Assembly: GCF_963921235.1 (NCBI RefSeq)
Contig: NC_086097.1
Span: forward strand, 58,344,001 to 58,408,000
Reading direction: 5' to 3'
DNA: 64,000 nt
Source of the DNA: Mobula hypostoma
Lineage: Eukaryota
The translations under genes were made by a program, and so were the position numbers. Every line of letters starts with the position of its first letter. The stretch's first letter is position 1. This document shows positions 11,296 through 24,660 of this stretch, one piece after another. The notes beneath the pieces are model-generated. The model saw only the letters and a program-made list of their open reading frames with translations. It did not search any database and was not told the origin of the DNA.

Positions 11296-12390
11296 ACTTT
11301 AAAAGCCATTTAGCCTAGTGTCCATGGCATTTACATAAATTGGTTTTGAATGGTGAACATATTGGCACTTGGAAGTGTTTCAAATTCAATGTAGCCTTTT
11401 TCTTCCACACTACCAAAAAAAACATCTGTGAGATTGATTTCTAGGATGAGTGGGCTGTGAAAGATTGGTGTTTAAGGAAAGAGAAAGCAGACTTGGGCTA
11501 TGATCTTTTGAGTTTGGGAGATGAGGTGATCTTATTAAAACAAAAAGAATAATCGGGCTTGATTACGGGATCTCATAAGTTGGAAGCATTGATGATGCTT
11601 TCCCTGACTGATGTTTCCTGAGCCAAATGTTGCCGTTACAAAATGTGAGGTTTGTGGGTTGGAGTTGGCTGTTATGATAAGAAGAAACTTCTGGCTAGTG
11701 TATCTTTTGAATTCTCAACCACCAAGTGCCTGTGGTGGTTCAGTTGCTGAGTACATGCAAGACTGAGATGGATAGATTGTTAGGTAGAGGGAATCAACTG
11801 GAAGTGCAGGAAAGCAGAGCTGAGAGAAAAGACCAGGCATAATCTTATTAAAATTTGCAGCTGCTCTATTCTTACTGCCGCTGCCTTGTTCTTTTGTCCT
11901 TGTCCCTGTACCAGTCTGTCTGATTCTTGAACATAATGACAAAGGGAAATAATGACTTGCATTTAGTTAGAACATGCTTTATGCTGAAAAGTTTCCAATT
12001 GGCAGAGATGACAGTCAGCTGTGACATTCCTCATTGAAACTAGACATAAGGAACTGTTTGGGCATAAGAACAGAAAGAGTAGTTCTAAAGATCTCCGCCG
12101 CTTGTAAGCCAGAATTATTTTTAGTCATGGATACTTGACGATAAAGTGGTTAATTATATTATGTACTCTAAACCCCATCTTGTACGACTTCGATATGGTC
12201 TTAATTAGGCAGATGTTTCTTGGAATACTTTGCTGCCCAGCCTGGATAAGGACCAATTAACCATTATTTATCTGTCAACAGAATTTCCTTCAGATGTGCT
12301 AATTCACTACTGTATTCTCCATTTAATTCAGGCGAACAGGCAGATGCTTATTTCTTTAAAAAGCAATTCTGGTAACTATCTACTGCGAAG

Positions 12391-12620
12391 TTACGGTAGT
12401 GTAGCGGTTAGTGTAATGCTATTAGAGTGACAGTGATCTGCGTTCAGTTCCACTGCTCTGTGTAAGGAGTTAATATGTTCTCCTCATGACTCTGTGGGTT
12501 TCCTCCCACGTTCCAAAGATGTGTGGGTAAGGAGGCTAATATGGTCACTGGTGAAATTGGGCAGCACAGGTGCGTTGAGTCAGATGGGCCTGTTACAGTG
12601 CTGTATGTCTAATTAAGTAA
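12391..12620 (+). mobile_element. tRNA-derived SINE (V-SINE/HE1-like)
   Basis: ggtagtgtagcggttagtg (A box), gttcagttcc (B box), tgtaaggagtt...tgggtttcctcccac...ccaaaga core and a LINE-like 3' tail gggcctgttacagtgctgtat. Confidence 0.78.
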
Positions 12621-13504
12621 ACTAAAAAATAGTAATTCTTTAATGTTATATTTTTGGCCTTTCCTCCTCCGTACAGTTACCCAACATATTATGTCTTACA
12701 TTTATGAAGGAATAAAATTGTGTGTATCCTGTCATGTTGCTACTTGGCTTATCATTTCAAGATAGATAATGAGCAAATTGTTCAAAATATTATGGTATCA
12801 AAATGTCCTTTTGAGTTTGCTAGTTAAATTCATAGCAGGAAGAAGTAATAGATGTTGTAGGTTGTGCTATGGCAGTGCTCTAAAGCAAAGTTCAGTGGAT
12901 AATCATCAGTACATTAGAATGCAGCAATGAGGCATTCTACTCAAACAATTCCCCTGCCTTCCTGGCACAAAACTTCCTCATTTTTGGCAGTGTTCTTCTG
13001 CTTTAATTGTTGAGTGCATTAGGCATAGCATGACAGCATTAATGTGAAAATGCAGAAATTGCGTGACATTATTGCCATTTTATTTTGGTTTTCAATGTCT
13101 CTCTTGGGAAGGATAGTTCGTTGCCCAAAGTCAAATGTGTCCCACTTAAAGCACTACGAAGTAGCACAAATTTGCACAGAATTTATACAATAAGAACATC
13201 TTTGTGCGGAATCAAAAATTACCGATTCTACTGGAACATTTATCAAGAAAATAAAGAGGAGGTGATGGTTTACCCTGGCCTGCACATGTCGAAGCAGGAT
13301 TAATTAGGACCTATATCATTGCTGCTGGATTTCAGCATGTTGAGAACTGTGCCCCCTAGTTCTCATAATCCAAATGTGTCAAGTTCTGGTGCTGTAAAGG
13401 ACAGAAAAAGAGAGCGGGTCAAAAGCAAAGTATTGGTGATGACACTGGTAGTTAGATGAAGATCTGGGCAAGGTCACGAGTATCTTGTCCTTCTTATTGT
13501 GACT

Positions 13505-14570
13505 TAAGTTCAAGTTCAAAGTAAACTTATTGTCGAAGTACATGCATGTCACCATATAAACCCTGACATTCATTTTCTTGTGGGCATACTCAATAAATGA
13601 TAAACATAACAGAATCAGAGACTGCACCAACCTGTGCATTGAAAGTGAATCCATTTGTTGTGGGAGCATTTAAATGCCGTGGTGAGTGAAGTTATCCCCT
13701 GTGGTTCAAGAACCTGATGGCTGAGGGGTAGCAACTGTTTCTGACCCTGATGGTGTCTGTCCTGAGGCTCCTGTAGCTTCTTCCTGATGGCAGCGGCGAG
13801 AAGGGAGCATGACTTGGGTGGTGGGGGTCCCTGATGACAGATGCTGCTTTCCTGTGACAGTGTTTTGTGTAGATGTGCTCAGTGGTGGGGAGGGCTTTAC
13901 GTGTGATGAACTGGGCCATATCCATACTTCTTGTGGGATGTTCCATTCACGGGTTTCTAATACCAGGCTGTGATGCAACCGGTCAATATACTCTCCAGTA
14001 CACATCTTTGGCAGTTTCACAAAGTCTTAGATGTCCTGCTGAATCTTTGCAAACTCCTAAGAAAGCAGAGGCGCTACTGTGCTTTCGTTGTAATTACATT
14101 TGGGTGCTGGGCCCAGGACACGTTCTCCAAAATAATAACAATGAGAAATTTACAGTTGCCAACCCTCTCCGCTTCTCATCCTCCGATAAGGATGTGGTTC
14201 TCCAATTTCCTCCTCCAGAAATCAATAATCAGCACCTTGGTTTTACTGACATTGAGTAAGAGTATGTTGTTATGGCATCACTCAGGCAAATTTTCAATCT
14301 CCCTCCTATATGCTGATTGATCACCACCTTTGCTTCGGCCTAAGGCACTGGTGTCATCAGCAAACTTGAATGTGGCATTGGAGCTGTGCTTATCCGCACA
14401 ATTGTAAGTGTAAAGCAAGTAGAGCAGGGGGCCAAGCACACAGGCTCGTGGTGCACTCGTGCTGATAGGAAATATGGAGGAGATGTTGGTGCCATTCCGA
14501 ATTGACTGGGGTTTGCAAGTGAGGAAATCTGGGATTCATTTGCACAAGGAGGTATTGAGGCCAAGATCTT
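13505..14570 (-). mobile_element. Rex1/Babar-clade LINE 3' part
   Basis: ORF 13692-13946 ALPTTEHIYTKHCHRKAASVIRDPHHPSHAPFSPLPSGRSYRSL...YPSAIRFLN. KFADDT motif near 14350-14366. (ttgaac)n tail near 13505. Confidence 0.85.
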
Positions 14571-14769
14571 GAAGTAATTGTCTGGATTTTGAAATGAAAA
14601 TCGTAGCTTGTCACTGAATGTAATGCTTTTACAATCATCTTTCATGTTTTATTTAAGTATGTGTTGTACTCATAAAATATAAACATGAAATATAAACCAG
14701 CTGTTTGTTTTCATTAAGCTTACTTTTTTCAAAGCTCAGATTGTTTCTGAAAGATGATCAAATTGGTTG

Positions 14770-16690
14770 TGGAGTCTATGGATTTTAGTAAGGTTTCCCT
14801 TGGTAGGTTCATTCAGAAAGTCAAGAGGCATGGGATGCAGGGAAACTTGGCTTCTTGGTGACCTTTATTCAGTCAGGCTCATGAAGCATGACCTGCCTCT
14901 GCACAAAGTATTGCTGATTAGCCCTAATCAGATGATGCTTCTCCAAATGCTCATAAACTGTGTCTCTAAGGATCGTCTGAAATAGTTTGCCCACCACTGA
15001 TGTAATACTCAGTGGTTTATGATTACTGTATTATTCCTATAACTTGAACAAACAAATAACATTTGCAGTCCTCCAATCTTCAATCCTCTGGTACAACTCC
15101 TATGGTTAGTGATGATGCAAAGATCATAGTCAAAGTTGCAGCAGTCTCCTCGTCCTCTTCCCATGGTAATCTTGTATATATCAAGTCTGACCCTGGTAAC
15201 TTATCTATCCTAATGTTTTTCAAAAGTTCCATCACATCCATGTGGACATGTCCCAGTGTATTAGCCTGTTCTGCACTAACCTCACATTCGACTGTCACTA
15301 GTGAATACTGAAACGAAGTGTTCATTAAGGACCTTCTCTGTTTCTGCCGACTCCAGGGATATGTTTCCTCTTGTACCATGATCAGTTCTACCCTTGTTCT
15401 AGTCAGCTTCCTGTTTCTCACCTACGTCTAGAATGCCTTGGGGTTTTCTGTAATCTTACTCACTGTGGCCTTGTCGTGTTTTGTTCTAGCTCTCCCAAGT
15501 CCCTTCTTAAGCCCCTTGTTCCTTCTTAAGATCCTTAAGGTCAGGGAATCATGGCCACTGTCTCTGAAATGTTCACCCATTGAGAGGTCTGTTACATGAC
15601 CAGGTTCATTGCCGAGTACTGGATCCAGTATGGCCTCTGCTGTAGTCGGCTTGTCTATGTTGTAATCCTCCCTGAACTTTGCTAACAAAATTGCCCCATC
15701 TAAACCTTCTCCACTAATGAGGTGCCGATCAATATTAGGGAAGTTGAAGTCACCCATGACAACAACGCTGTTATTTTTTACACACTTTCAACATCTGCCT
15801 CACGATCTGTTCCATAGTGTCTTGCTATTTGTTTGTGTGGGGGGGGGGTGTCTATGGAATATTGATTGCTTCCTTCCTGTTTCTGACTTTCACACCTTCC
15901 TTCCTGTTTCTGACTTTCACACCACACCACATACTCGCTTTCTACAGCCACTCCCCCACCTCTTTCACCTCCATCTGAAACCCGGAATACTTAGCAGCCA
16001 TTCCTGCCCATGTGACAGCCAAGTCTCCTGTAATAGTCACAACATTGTAATTCCATGTCCTGATCCATGTTCTCCAACCCATCCAAGTAACTGAAATTAA
16101 GTTACTGCCTATCCTTCCTCACAGTCTCTCTACATGTTGCATCTACCTTTACACCAACTGCCCCATCCTGTGACCTATCATGCTGGTTCCCATCCCCTGC
16201 CAACCTTGTTTAAACCCTCCCCACCTGCTCTATGTGCCCCGTCCCTTTTGCCCAGGTTGTACATGACCCAGAAGAAATCCCAATGATCCACAAATTTGAA
16301 ACCCTGCGCTCTGCACCAAATCTTCAGGCACATATTCATCTGCCATGCCATCTGAGTATTCCTCTGACTATTGTTTGGCACAGGCAGCAATCCAGCTGCT
16401 TTCCTAGCTGCCTGTATTCTCTCCTCAGGACTTTATCGCCTTTCTTACCTGTGTTGCTGGTACCTGTATGCACCATGAGCTCTGGCTGCTTACTCTTCCC
16501 CCTTTAGAACGCTGTGGGCCTGACCCTGCCTCCTGGGAGTCTCCTTCATGTCCCCAGTATCTCTTGTCTGTTCCACTAACTATTGAATCCTCTATCCTCA
16601 CTGCTGTCCTCTTCTCACCACTTCCCTCAGTTGGAGCCAGACTTAGTGCCAGAGACTTTTTTTTTGTTCCCTCGTAGGTCGTTCCCCCAG
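14770..16690 (-). mobile_element. Degraded CR1 LINE (RT, APE endonuclease and ORF1 esterase-like remnants)
   Basis: ORFs GDFNFPNID...AILDPVLGNEPG...GEHFRDSGHD (15428-15757), DKLPGSDLIYTRL (15080-15421) and WCRAQGFKFVDHWD (16178-16390). Confidence 0.82.
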
Positions 16691-16799
16691 TAGGACTGGC
16701 AGATGATTTGATAGAGATAGATAGAAAGAAGTAGAAATTGTTGGAACAGCCCACCACTGGGAAGATTACCTAAATTGGAAAAGCTCAGTGCTCATGCCA

Positions 16800-17120
16800 C
16801 AGTGCAGGAAAGATTCATAAGGATGCTATCAAGACTGTGGGGTTGGGCTCAACTTAAAGGGGAGATTGAATAGGCTGTGGCTTTTTCCCCTTGGTTGAGG
16901 GATGACCTTGTAGAGATGTATAAAATCATGTGGGGCATAGATAAGATGAATGATCACAACAGTCTTTTTTCCCATGTTAAGGGGAGTCTAAAACTAGAGG
17001 TAGAGGTTTAAGGTGAGGGGAAGGTTTAAATGGCCCTGAGGGGCAATTTTATTGCACTTTGTGTAGTGGGTATGTGGGACAAACTGCCAGAGGAAGTGAT
17101 GGAGGTAGGCACCATCTGCT
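16800..17120 (+). mobile_element. CR1 3' fragment, split by the Tigger insertion and resuming at ~18648
   Basis: gtgcaggaaagattcataaggatgct, ggtttaaggtgagggg and aaactgccagaggaagtg are CR1 3' motifs. Confidence 0.7.
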
Positions 17121-17122
17121 TA

Positions 17123-18645
17123 CAGGATTCCCCTGCCATCCGAAGGTAGAGCGTTCCTATGAAACGGTTTGTAAACCGGAATGTCGTAAAGCAAAGAAGC
17201 AATTACCATTTATTTATATGGGATAAATTTGTGAGCGTTGGCAGACCCAAAAATAACCTACCAAATCATGCTAAATAACACATAAAACCTAAAATAACAG
17301 TAACATATAGTAAAAGCAGGAATGATATGATGAATACACAGCCTATATAAAGTAGAAATGCTTTTCCACAATCATTGCGCACTGTTCTCTGTAGCGAAAA
17401 TCTCACGCAAGCGCTCTCGGCAAAAACACGGCGCAAGCGCTCTCCAGTAACCTTTAAGCTATGAAGCTGCCAAATCATATCAAATAATACGTAAAAATAC
17501 ACAGCCGATATAAAGTAGAAATAACGTATGTACAGTGTAGTATCATTTACTGGAATTGGGAAGACAGCGCCGAGCACACTGATGATGATACCGATCCGCG
17601 AAGAATGCAGGGGTCCACCGGTGGCCGGGACGCTCCCAGCACATCTTTAAGAAAAAAGCCGAAATAAACAAGCTAATTAATTAGGTGCCGCCCGGCATGT
17701 AAATGTCGGCCCAGATCAGAGGCAACGCAATTGGCAATCGTCTCTGATCTGAGCCAACATTTATGTGTCGGGTGTCACCTAATTAATTAGCTTGTTTATT
17801 TTGGCTTTTTTTCTTAAAGATGTGCCGGTGCCTCCCGGCTACTGCTGCATTCTCCGCGAATTGGTATCTGTCCACGGCCCGGGGGTTAGGGTGGTGGGAC
17901 ACTGGGATGTCATCTCGTCGTCTGTTTCCATGAGGGTAGGCAGGTCATCTTTTTCTATGTCTGCCTGCCGCAATGTCGAAGGTCGAGGTTCGTTGTCTGC
18001 TGTGGCTGATGTGGAAGGCTTGCTTGACTGCTTAGTCTCGCGCATTTTTAGATCATACCATTCTTTGTAAGCACTCAAACCATCCTGCAAATATGCCCTA
18101 AACCAACGTACCCTTTCAAAATTAAAGTCGTACTTTATCATTTCAGCAAAAATTTCACGTAATTGCCTCACGTTCAGTTCCTGGACGACTTCACTTTTGC
18201 TACTGCATTCGGTTTTGATTGTTATCCTTTCCTCTTACAATTGCATCAGCTCTTCATCTATCAGTTCTTGGTCATGGGATGCCAAAACCTCTTCAACATC
18301 ATCTTCGTCAACTTCCACAAGTCAAACTCACTTTGTCCTTACTTCATTCACTACGATCGAAATGCTTAATTATGTCTAGTTTTACGCTAGGTGTAACACC
18401 CTTACGAGCTCTTTTAGGCTTTTCCGATACCTTAGAACTCATCTTGCTAATGGCTGTTCACAGGCACGTGTTTTAGCAATGCTGGCGAGAATGCAATTCC
18501 CAGGGAGAGCAGCTGCTCGGGGCGCGCGCTGCTTTTTTTCGTAACAGTGAAAACACCTTCTGTTAGCGAAAACAGGGAACTAATGTAGGTCTTTCGTAAC
18601 AGTGAGGTTTCGTAAAGCGAACGTTCGAAAAGCAGGGGACACCTG
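17123..18645 (-). mobile_element. Internally deleted Tigger/pogo (TcMar) transposon
   Basis: TA flanks at 17121-17122 and 18646-18647. Imperfect TIRs caggattcccctgc / gcaggggacacctg. Minus-strand ATG 18442 starts MSSKVSEKPKRARKGVTPSVKLDIIKHFD (CENP-B-type HTH start), fused to a TIGD-like C-terminus FVEVDEDDVEEVLASHDQELIDEEL...LSAYKEWYDLK. Confidence 0.88.
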
Positions 18646-21449
18646 TACATTTGGGTAGATGCATGGATAGGAAGTGTTTCTTTATTTATTTAGAGGTATA
18701 GCATGATTACAGGCCCTTCAGGCCTAATGAGTCTGCACTGCCCAATTACACCCATACTTGGTGGAATGTGGGAGGATATTGGAGCAACCTGAGGAGCAGG
18801 AGGAACACTCCGGCAAATGAAACGAGTAGGGCAGGAAGCCACCCTGGTTGGCATGGATTAGCAGGGCCAAAGAGTCCTATACAATTTGTTATACAATTCT
18901 GATTCTTCTTGCTTGCATTCTGGAACCCAAAGTTCCAATTTATTGGATGGAAGTCATTGAGCAACTTGGTTGGATGCGTTGGATGTAAAAAGATTTTAAT
19001 CAAGTATGTGGAACAGAACTGTGGCAAATGGATGTAATGGTTGGCAAATGTGAAGTCATGTTCTCTGGATCATAAGAAAGAGCTAAGCGTTGTAAATGGT
19101 GGAAAGCATAAAAGCAACAGAGGCCCAAAGAGACTTGCGGGCTAGATTTATATAGATCATTTAAACAGTAATGGAAGGTTCAGAAAGTTGAATTGAATTT
19201 AAAAGTAATCAAAAAGTTTAAGTGCCTTAAGAACCAGAGAGTTGGATAATCTTGGAGTGTGGGACAAGGGTCTGGGGATATGCAGCTAAAAGTCTCTGGG
19301 TTTTGTTTCCTACTCCCTTTTAATCTCACTGGGCTTGCTGAAATAATCATTGTACCAATATATAACTTCAAAAACCTGAAATTGTGTTAGGATAATTAAT
19401 AGCAATAATATCCACCCGTCTAGAAGGGGGTGTGGAAGTGGAAGGCTTGTAAGACGATGGTGTGGTAGAAGAGATAAATTGGTTTAGGAAGGACTTTAGC
19501 TTCAGGCTTTTTGACAAAATAAGTTGAAAGAAAGAACTTCCCATTTTGAAGTGGAGGTGCATGTTGATGCACTAGAGTGGAGGAGATTGCATAGATTGTG
19601 GGTCCTAGTATATATAGTTAGTACATTTTTAATCTTTATAATGCTTCGTTTTTTTTATTATTCATTGGAAAAACTAAATGGAGTGAAATGTTTGTTCAGA
19701 AAATTGTACAAACTAATTAAACTTTGGTTGCTCTTAAACTTTTTTTAATGTCCACATATTATGCCATGCCATGTGTGGTTACCCAAAAGGGAATTTAAAT
19801 ATAGATCCAAAGTGACTGCTGAATTAAATCATTATCATTATTTTTCTTAATATGTATAGCTTATGTAATTCTTAAAAACTTAATATTAGAATGGTGATTT
19901 AGCACTTTAATGTATTAAATGTTTTGAGAGCAAATTAAGGCAGTTTACTCCTAATGTTATTTAAAATAGGTTGATCCTAAAAGATGACTGGTTTAGTTTT
20001 AAGCAAAGTGAGTTTTTTTTTTGGAGTAATGTTAACTGATTCATCAGAGTCACCTTGATAATGAATACCATGGATCAAATGGCCTCCCTTCTGTGCGCTA
20101 AATTACTGTGATTGATTGTGACTGCTTTACGGAGATGATAATGGACTACACCCTGGTATTTTAGGCAATTTCTTATTAATGCATGGAATGTTGTAATTTT
20201 GTTTTATGAATTGACAAAAACAATAAATGATGGATGAGGGGAGGTACATTGAATACAGTGATTTATGCACGTTGTGGTCAAGTATCACCTTGAGTTGTTA
20301 AGCCTAAAATCTAAAATGGAAGATCTTACAGAATGATGTCTGTTTGGATATGTGTGTGTAGTTGTTTCTGACTGATATTTTAGGCCACTAAACTGATGAT
20401 TCATATTTGTATTGTAAAATTGATTGCTTACCTGGTTAGAAAGATAAAGATCTTGGAGGAAGTTCATGTGGTCATTGGGAGATAAACTGCAATTGCTGGC
20501 GCTGCTATAAAGTGTTACCCTCGCCATTATGCTACCATTCCACCCTGATTATTGGCCTGTGCATATTACTTATTGATAATTCTGCATTACAGGGTTCAAA
20601 ATGACTTATAACCTCCATGTGCTTTCTTTATTTAAAAATAAAATATCATTTGAGTGGGCCAGTTTACGATTGGCTCATCAGATATTTCTATTGGGGAAGG
20701 AATAGTGATAATTACTCACAGAAGGACGATATTGTTTGAGATGCTCAACAGCATCTAACTTAAAAAGAATGAAGTCTGGATCATTCAGAATTGTGGATGT
20801 CTTCTAAGTCAAGCCACCAACTTGCTGTTTGCTAGCTTTCCCCTTTAGTGTCAGGATTTTTATTGTTTCGTATAATCTCAGTGTATTTATGAGTGGGCAG
20901 ATCTCGGATATTTTTACATTTCACGGCAAAAGTAAACTCTTAACTTTAATATTGCTGTAATTTGCTGTGTTTGGTAAGAGAATAGATTGAAAATGATTGG
21001 AAAAGTAATTTCATGTATTAGATTTCATCAGGGAAATTTCAGTGCTACACAGTCTAAGTACCTGCATTATATCCACCCTGACCAGTCACTGTCCAAACCG
21101 ACAATTACTACTCTTATTACATTGAATAACAAGGTGTTTACAGGTGTTTCTAGGGATTTGCACTATATTCCAACCTTAGTTTATTTATCCATTATCTCTA
21201 TTGTACTGAATTCAGCTTTTGTTTCACAACATACATACATATTTTCTATGAAATTTTATTGTTTCTTAGGAAGGAATTAAAGTTGGCTTTTGATTTATGG
21301 TAAATGAATGCAGGTTACTTTTATTGCAGGAAATTTTAGTTGTTTGGCAGCCTTTTTATTATTTTAGACAGCTGAGCATTTTTATTTATTAAGAAAGTGG
21401 TCAATAATCATTCTCCTTTGCTGCCCCCCTCCTCACCTTCATCTTCAGA

Positions 21450-21770
21450 CCATAAGACGTAGGAACAGAGTTAGGCCATTCAGCCCATCGAGTCTGCTCC
21501 ACCATTCTATCATGGCTGATCCTGGATTCCACTCAACTCCATACACCTACCTTCTTACCATATCCTTCGATGCTCTGACCGATCGGGAAATGATCAACTT
21601 CTGCCTTAAATACATGCACAGACTTGGCCTCCACTGCAGTCTATAGCAGAGCATTCCACAAATTCTCTGCTCTCTGGCTAAAAAAAATCTTCCTTACCTC
21701 CGTTCTCTAAAAGGTCGCCCTTCAGTTTTTGAGGCTGTGCCATGTAGTTCTGGATATCCTCACCATAGGA
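21450..21770 (-). mobile_element. CR1 3' end
   Basis: ccataagacgtaggaacagagttaggccattcagcccatcgagtctgctcc is the same subfamily tail as at 10503. Confidence 0.78.
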
Positions 21771-22274
21771 TCTTCATCCAGTTGTGTTTGCATTTAGTGA
21801 TCTTTAGTTAATTAGCAATTCAGCCTGCCAGTTTCTTGTTAGAACACTTAATGGAAGCAATTGCAACTGAAAATTTACATGCACATTCCCAAAGAAACAA
21901 TTTCAAAGATAATGTCATAGTGGAGATAGGATTACTGGATCATTTGCCTTGTCAACAAATATTTAAAGTAGGTGGTGATTATAGAACTTAAGCTGGAAAA
22001 AATGTTACGACCATTTACTCTTGGAATAATGGACTTTATCACATGCATATAATACGTTAATAAAGTTGGAAAATTTTAAGAAGCCATATATTTGATCAAT
22101 CCTTATTGGTAAAGAAGGAAAACAAGGCAAATCATGTATCATTCCTTGTAATGACGTGGCACAAGACGTGGCACTTGGACCAGTATCACCTTTCTTATTT
22201 TTGTTTACACATGCTAAAACTTATTAAATGAAACATTTAAACTGTAGCAATTCTAGTGGGAGGAGAGGCAGACG

Positions 22275-22465
22275 ATAGTCTTCCCACCTGTAAGGAGTTT
22301 GTAGTTCTCCTTGTGATCGCGTGGGTTTCCTCTGGGTGCCCTGGTTTCCTCCCACAGTCCAAAGGCATACCGGTTGGTAGGTCAATTGGTCATTGTAAAT
22401 TGTCCGATGACTAGGCTAAGGTGAAAGCAGGGGTTGCTGTCCATGTTGTATCTCAATAAATCAAT
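22275..22465 (+). mobile_element. V-SINE/HE1-like SINE fragment
   Basis: ctgtaaggagtttgtagttctcc...gtgggtttcctctgggtgccctggtttcctcccacagtccaaag core. Confidence 0.75.
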
Positions 22466-23835
22466 AAAAATTATGCTGTATCCTTGCACTCAAAAAAAGT
22501 TGGTTTATCTATACTAAAAAGGAGGATGTAATTTTTTCCCCTCCTGGGAACTCAATCAAATTGAATCTTGCAGTCTTGTACTTGTCTGGTCACTTGCACA
22601 AGACTTACTGAAGTACTAAATTTGATTTGGAACAAAGACACCTCCAGGCACCACATCTCATTTTTTTTCAGCTGAAATGTAATAGTTTAGTTGCCACATA
22701 CAAAGCAATGGATATTTGGAACAACTGACATCTTGCTGTGAGGCAATTGTAAAGGTCTAGGGAAAAGTGTTGCAGCTTATCTGTGGAGTGAATATAGAAT
22801 CCCATCTATGCAGTTTCAATTGACCACATGCTATTCACAGGCTGGCAGCAGATGTGCCTTTGTGAAATTCTCTGCAAAAGGACATGGCTGCTAGGATCTC
22901 CATGAAACACTGCATTTTATTAGATTTTAATGTGGTCTGTTTGATGTATACAAAACTTATTTTTCAAGTTGACGTGGTGGGGATGCCAGTATCAGAACAT
23001 AAGACATCTAATAATTTTTAGTCTTGATAACTGGCAGTCTTTATGAAAGTCATATCTGTTTGAGGTAGGTAAACATGGATATTAATGGTAATTGCAATTT
23101 ATTCAGCTAGCCTCTTCCTTGTTTATGTATGATGAAGAGTGAGGATATTAAGTGTAATTATATGAATTTTTAGCTCCTGTGAACTTTACTGATTTGCAAT
23201 AATGTAAATATTTTGCCTCTAAAGCTAGAAGACAATGCTTGTAATTTATTGTAATATACCTGTTCAACTTCATAAATAGTAAGATGATAAACATGAAAAG
23301 ATGATAACTGAGTTGTCCAGGTCTGTTGTAGCAGAAGGGTTTTTCTATGACAGTTTATAATCAATTGCATTGAAAACATTTGAATATGTAACAGTTGTGG
23401 GAAAGAACTATTTAATTTTAAGCAGCAGGAAAGGGACAGCAACAATAAGTTCTGAGTCTAATGTCTTGACATCTAATCATTGTTATCAGGTCTGATTTAC
23501 TACTGAAGTTAAATTTAACCTTAAACATTGTAAGAGCATCTCTTCTTTTTCTGTCTGGCTTTATCTAGTGCTTGTCACTCTGTCTCCCACACTGCTGCTC
23601 CTTTGCACTGCTATATATTGACAGCTTGATACAAAGACATGACATATAACATGGACTTCTATCTGGCTTTTGCCTTCACAGGTCCTGCTTGGTTCTTCTA
23701 GGATTCTGTTCTTTTTGTTTAAAAGCGAAAAAAAAAAATTCTTCTCTCCATAAATTTAATAGTTCTGGAAAAAATTTGTAAATGGAGTCTACATTAAAAA
23801 ATGAGCTTATTTATATATAAAGAAGGAATTCAAGG

Positions 23836-24660
23836 TCTTAAAGCTTATTGATTAATTTCAAGGGGATGATATTATTGAGTGCTGAGCTGTAGTCAATAAA
23901 GAGCAACATCCTGATATATGCATCTTTGCTGTTGAAATGTCCTAGGATTGAGTGAAGAGCCAAAGAAAGGTCATCTGTTGCTGACTTTTTGTGCCGGTAG
24001 GCAAACTGGAGCAGATCCAAGTTGCCTCTCAGGCAAGAGTTGATGTGTTTCATTACCAACTTCTCGAAACTCTTCATCACTGTGGGTGTAAGTGCGACTG
24101 GACAATAGTCTTTGAGGCAGGTTACCAGATTCTTTTTAGACACAGGTATAATTGAAGTCTGTTTGAAGTAGGTGGGTAACTTGGACTGCCTAAGCGAAAG
24201 GTTAAAGATCTCAGTGAACATTCCAGCCAGTTGATCAGCAGTGTTCTTTAGTACTTGACCAAGTACCCAATCTGGGCTGGATGCTTTTTGTGGGTTCATC
24301 CTCCTGAAGGCTGCTCGCATATTGGCGTCAGAGACTGAAGCAACAGGATCATTGGGGCTATGGGAGTTTGTGATGGTCCCTCCATGTTATGGTAGTTCAA
24401 ATGAGCATAGAAGGCATTGAGCTCATCAGGAAGTGAAGCCTTGTCGTCTCCTATGTCACTTGATTTTACTCTAGAAGAGGTGATCGCATCAACATCCTGC
24501 TACAATGTTGAGCATCCTTCATTGATTCAAGTTTAGTCCAGAATTGCTACTTTGCCCGTGAGATGGCTTTCTGGAGATCACACCTGGACCTCTTGTAAAT
24601 TTCTTGGTCACCAGAATTGAATGCCTCTGATCTAGCTCTCAGCAGATTGTGAATCTCATT
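23836..24660 (-). mobile_element. Rex1/Babar-clade LINE internal RT fragment
   Basis: ORF 23838-24320 ...IFNLSL...FKQTSIIPV...DYCPVALTPTVMKSFEKLV...QFAYR...RMLLFIDYSSALN. Confidence 0.85.

Noticed and set aside
12391..12465. tRNA gene (also heads at ~6500-6568 and ~20490-20540)
   Set aside because: A/B boxes run into a SINE core and no cloverleaf forms.
15869..15922. 27-bp tandem duplication cttccttcctgtttctgactttcacac
   Set aside because: A local slippage duplication within a dead CR1, with no sign of function.
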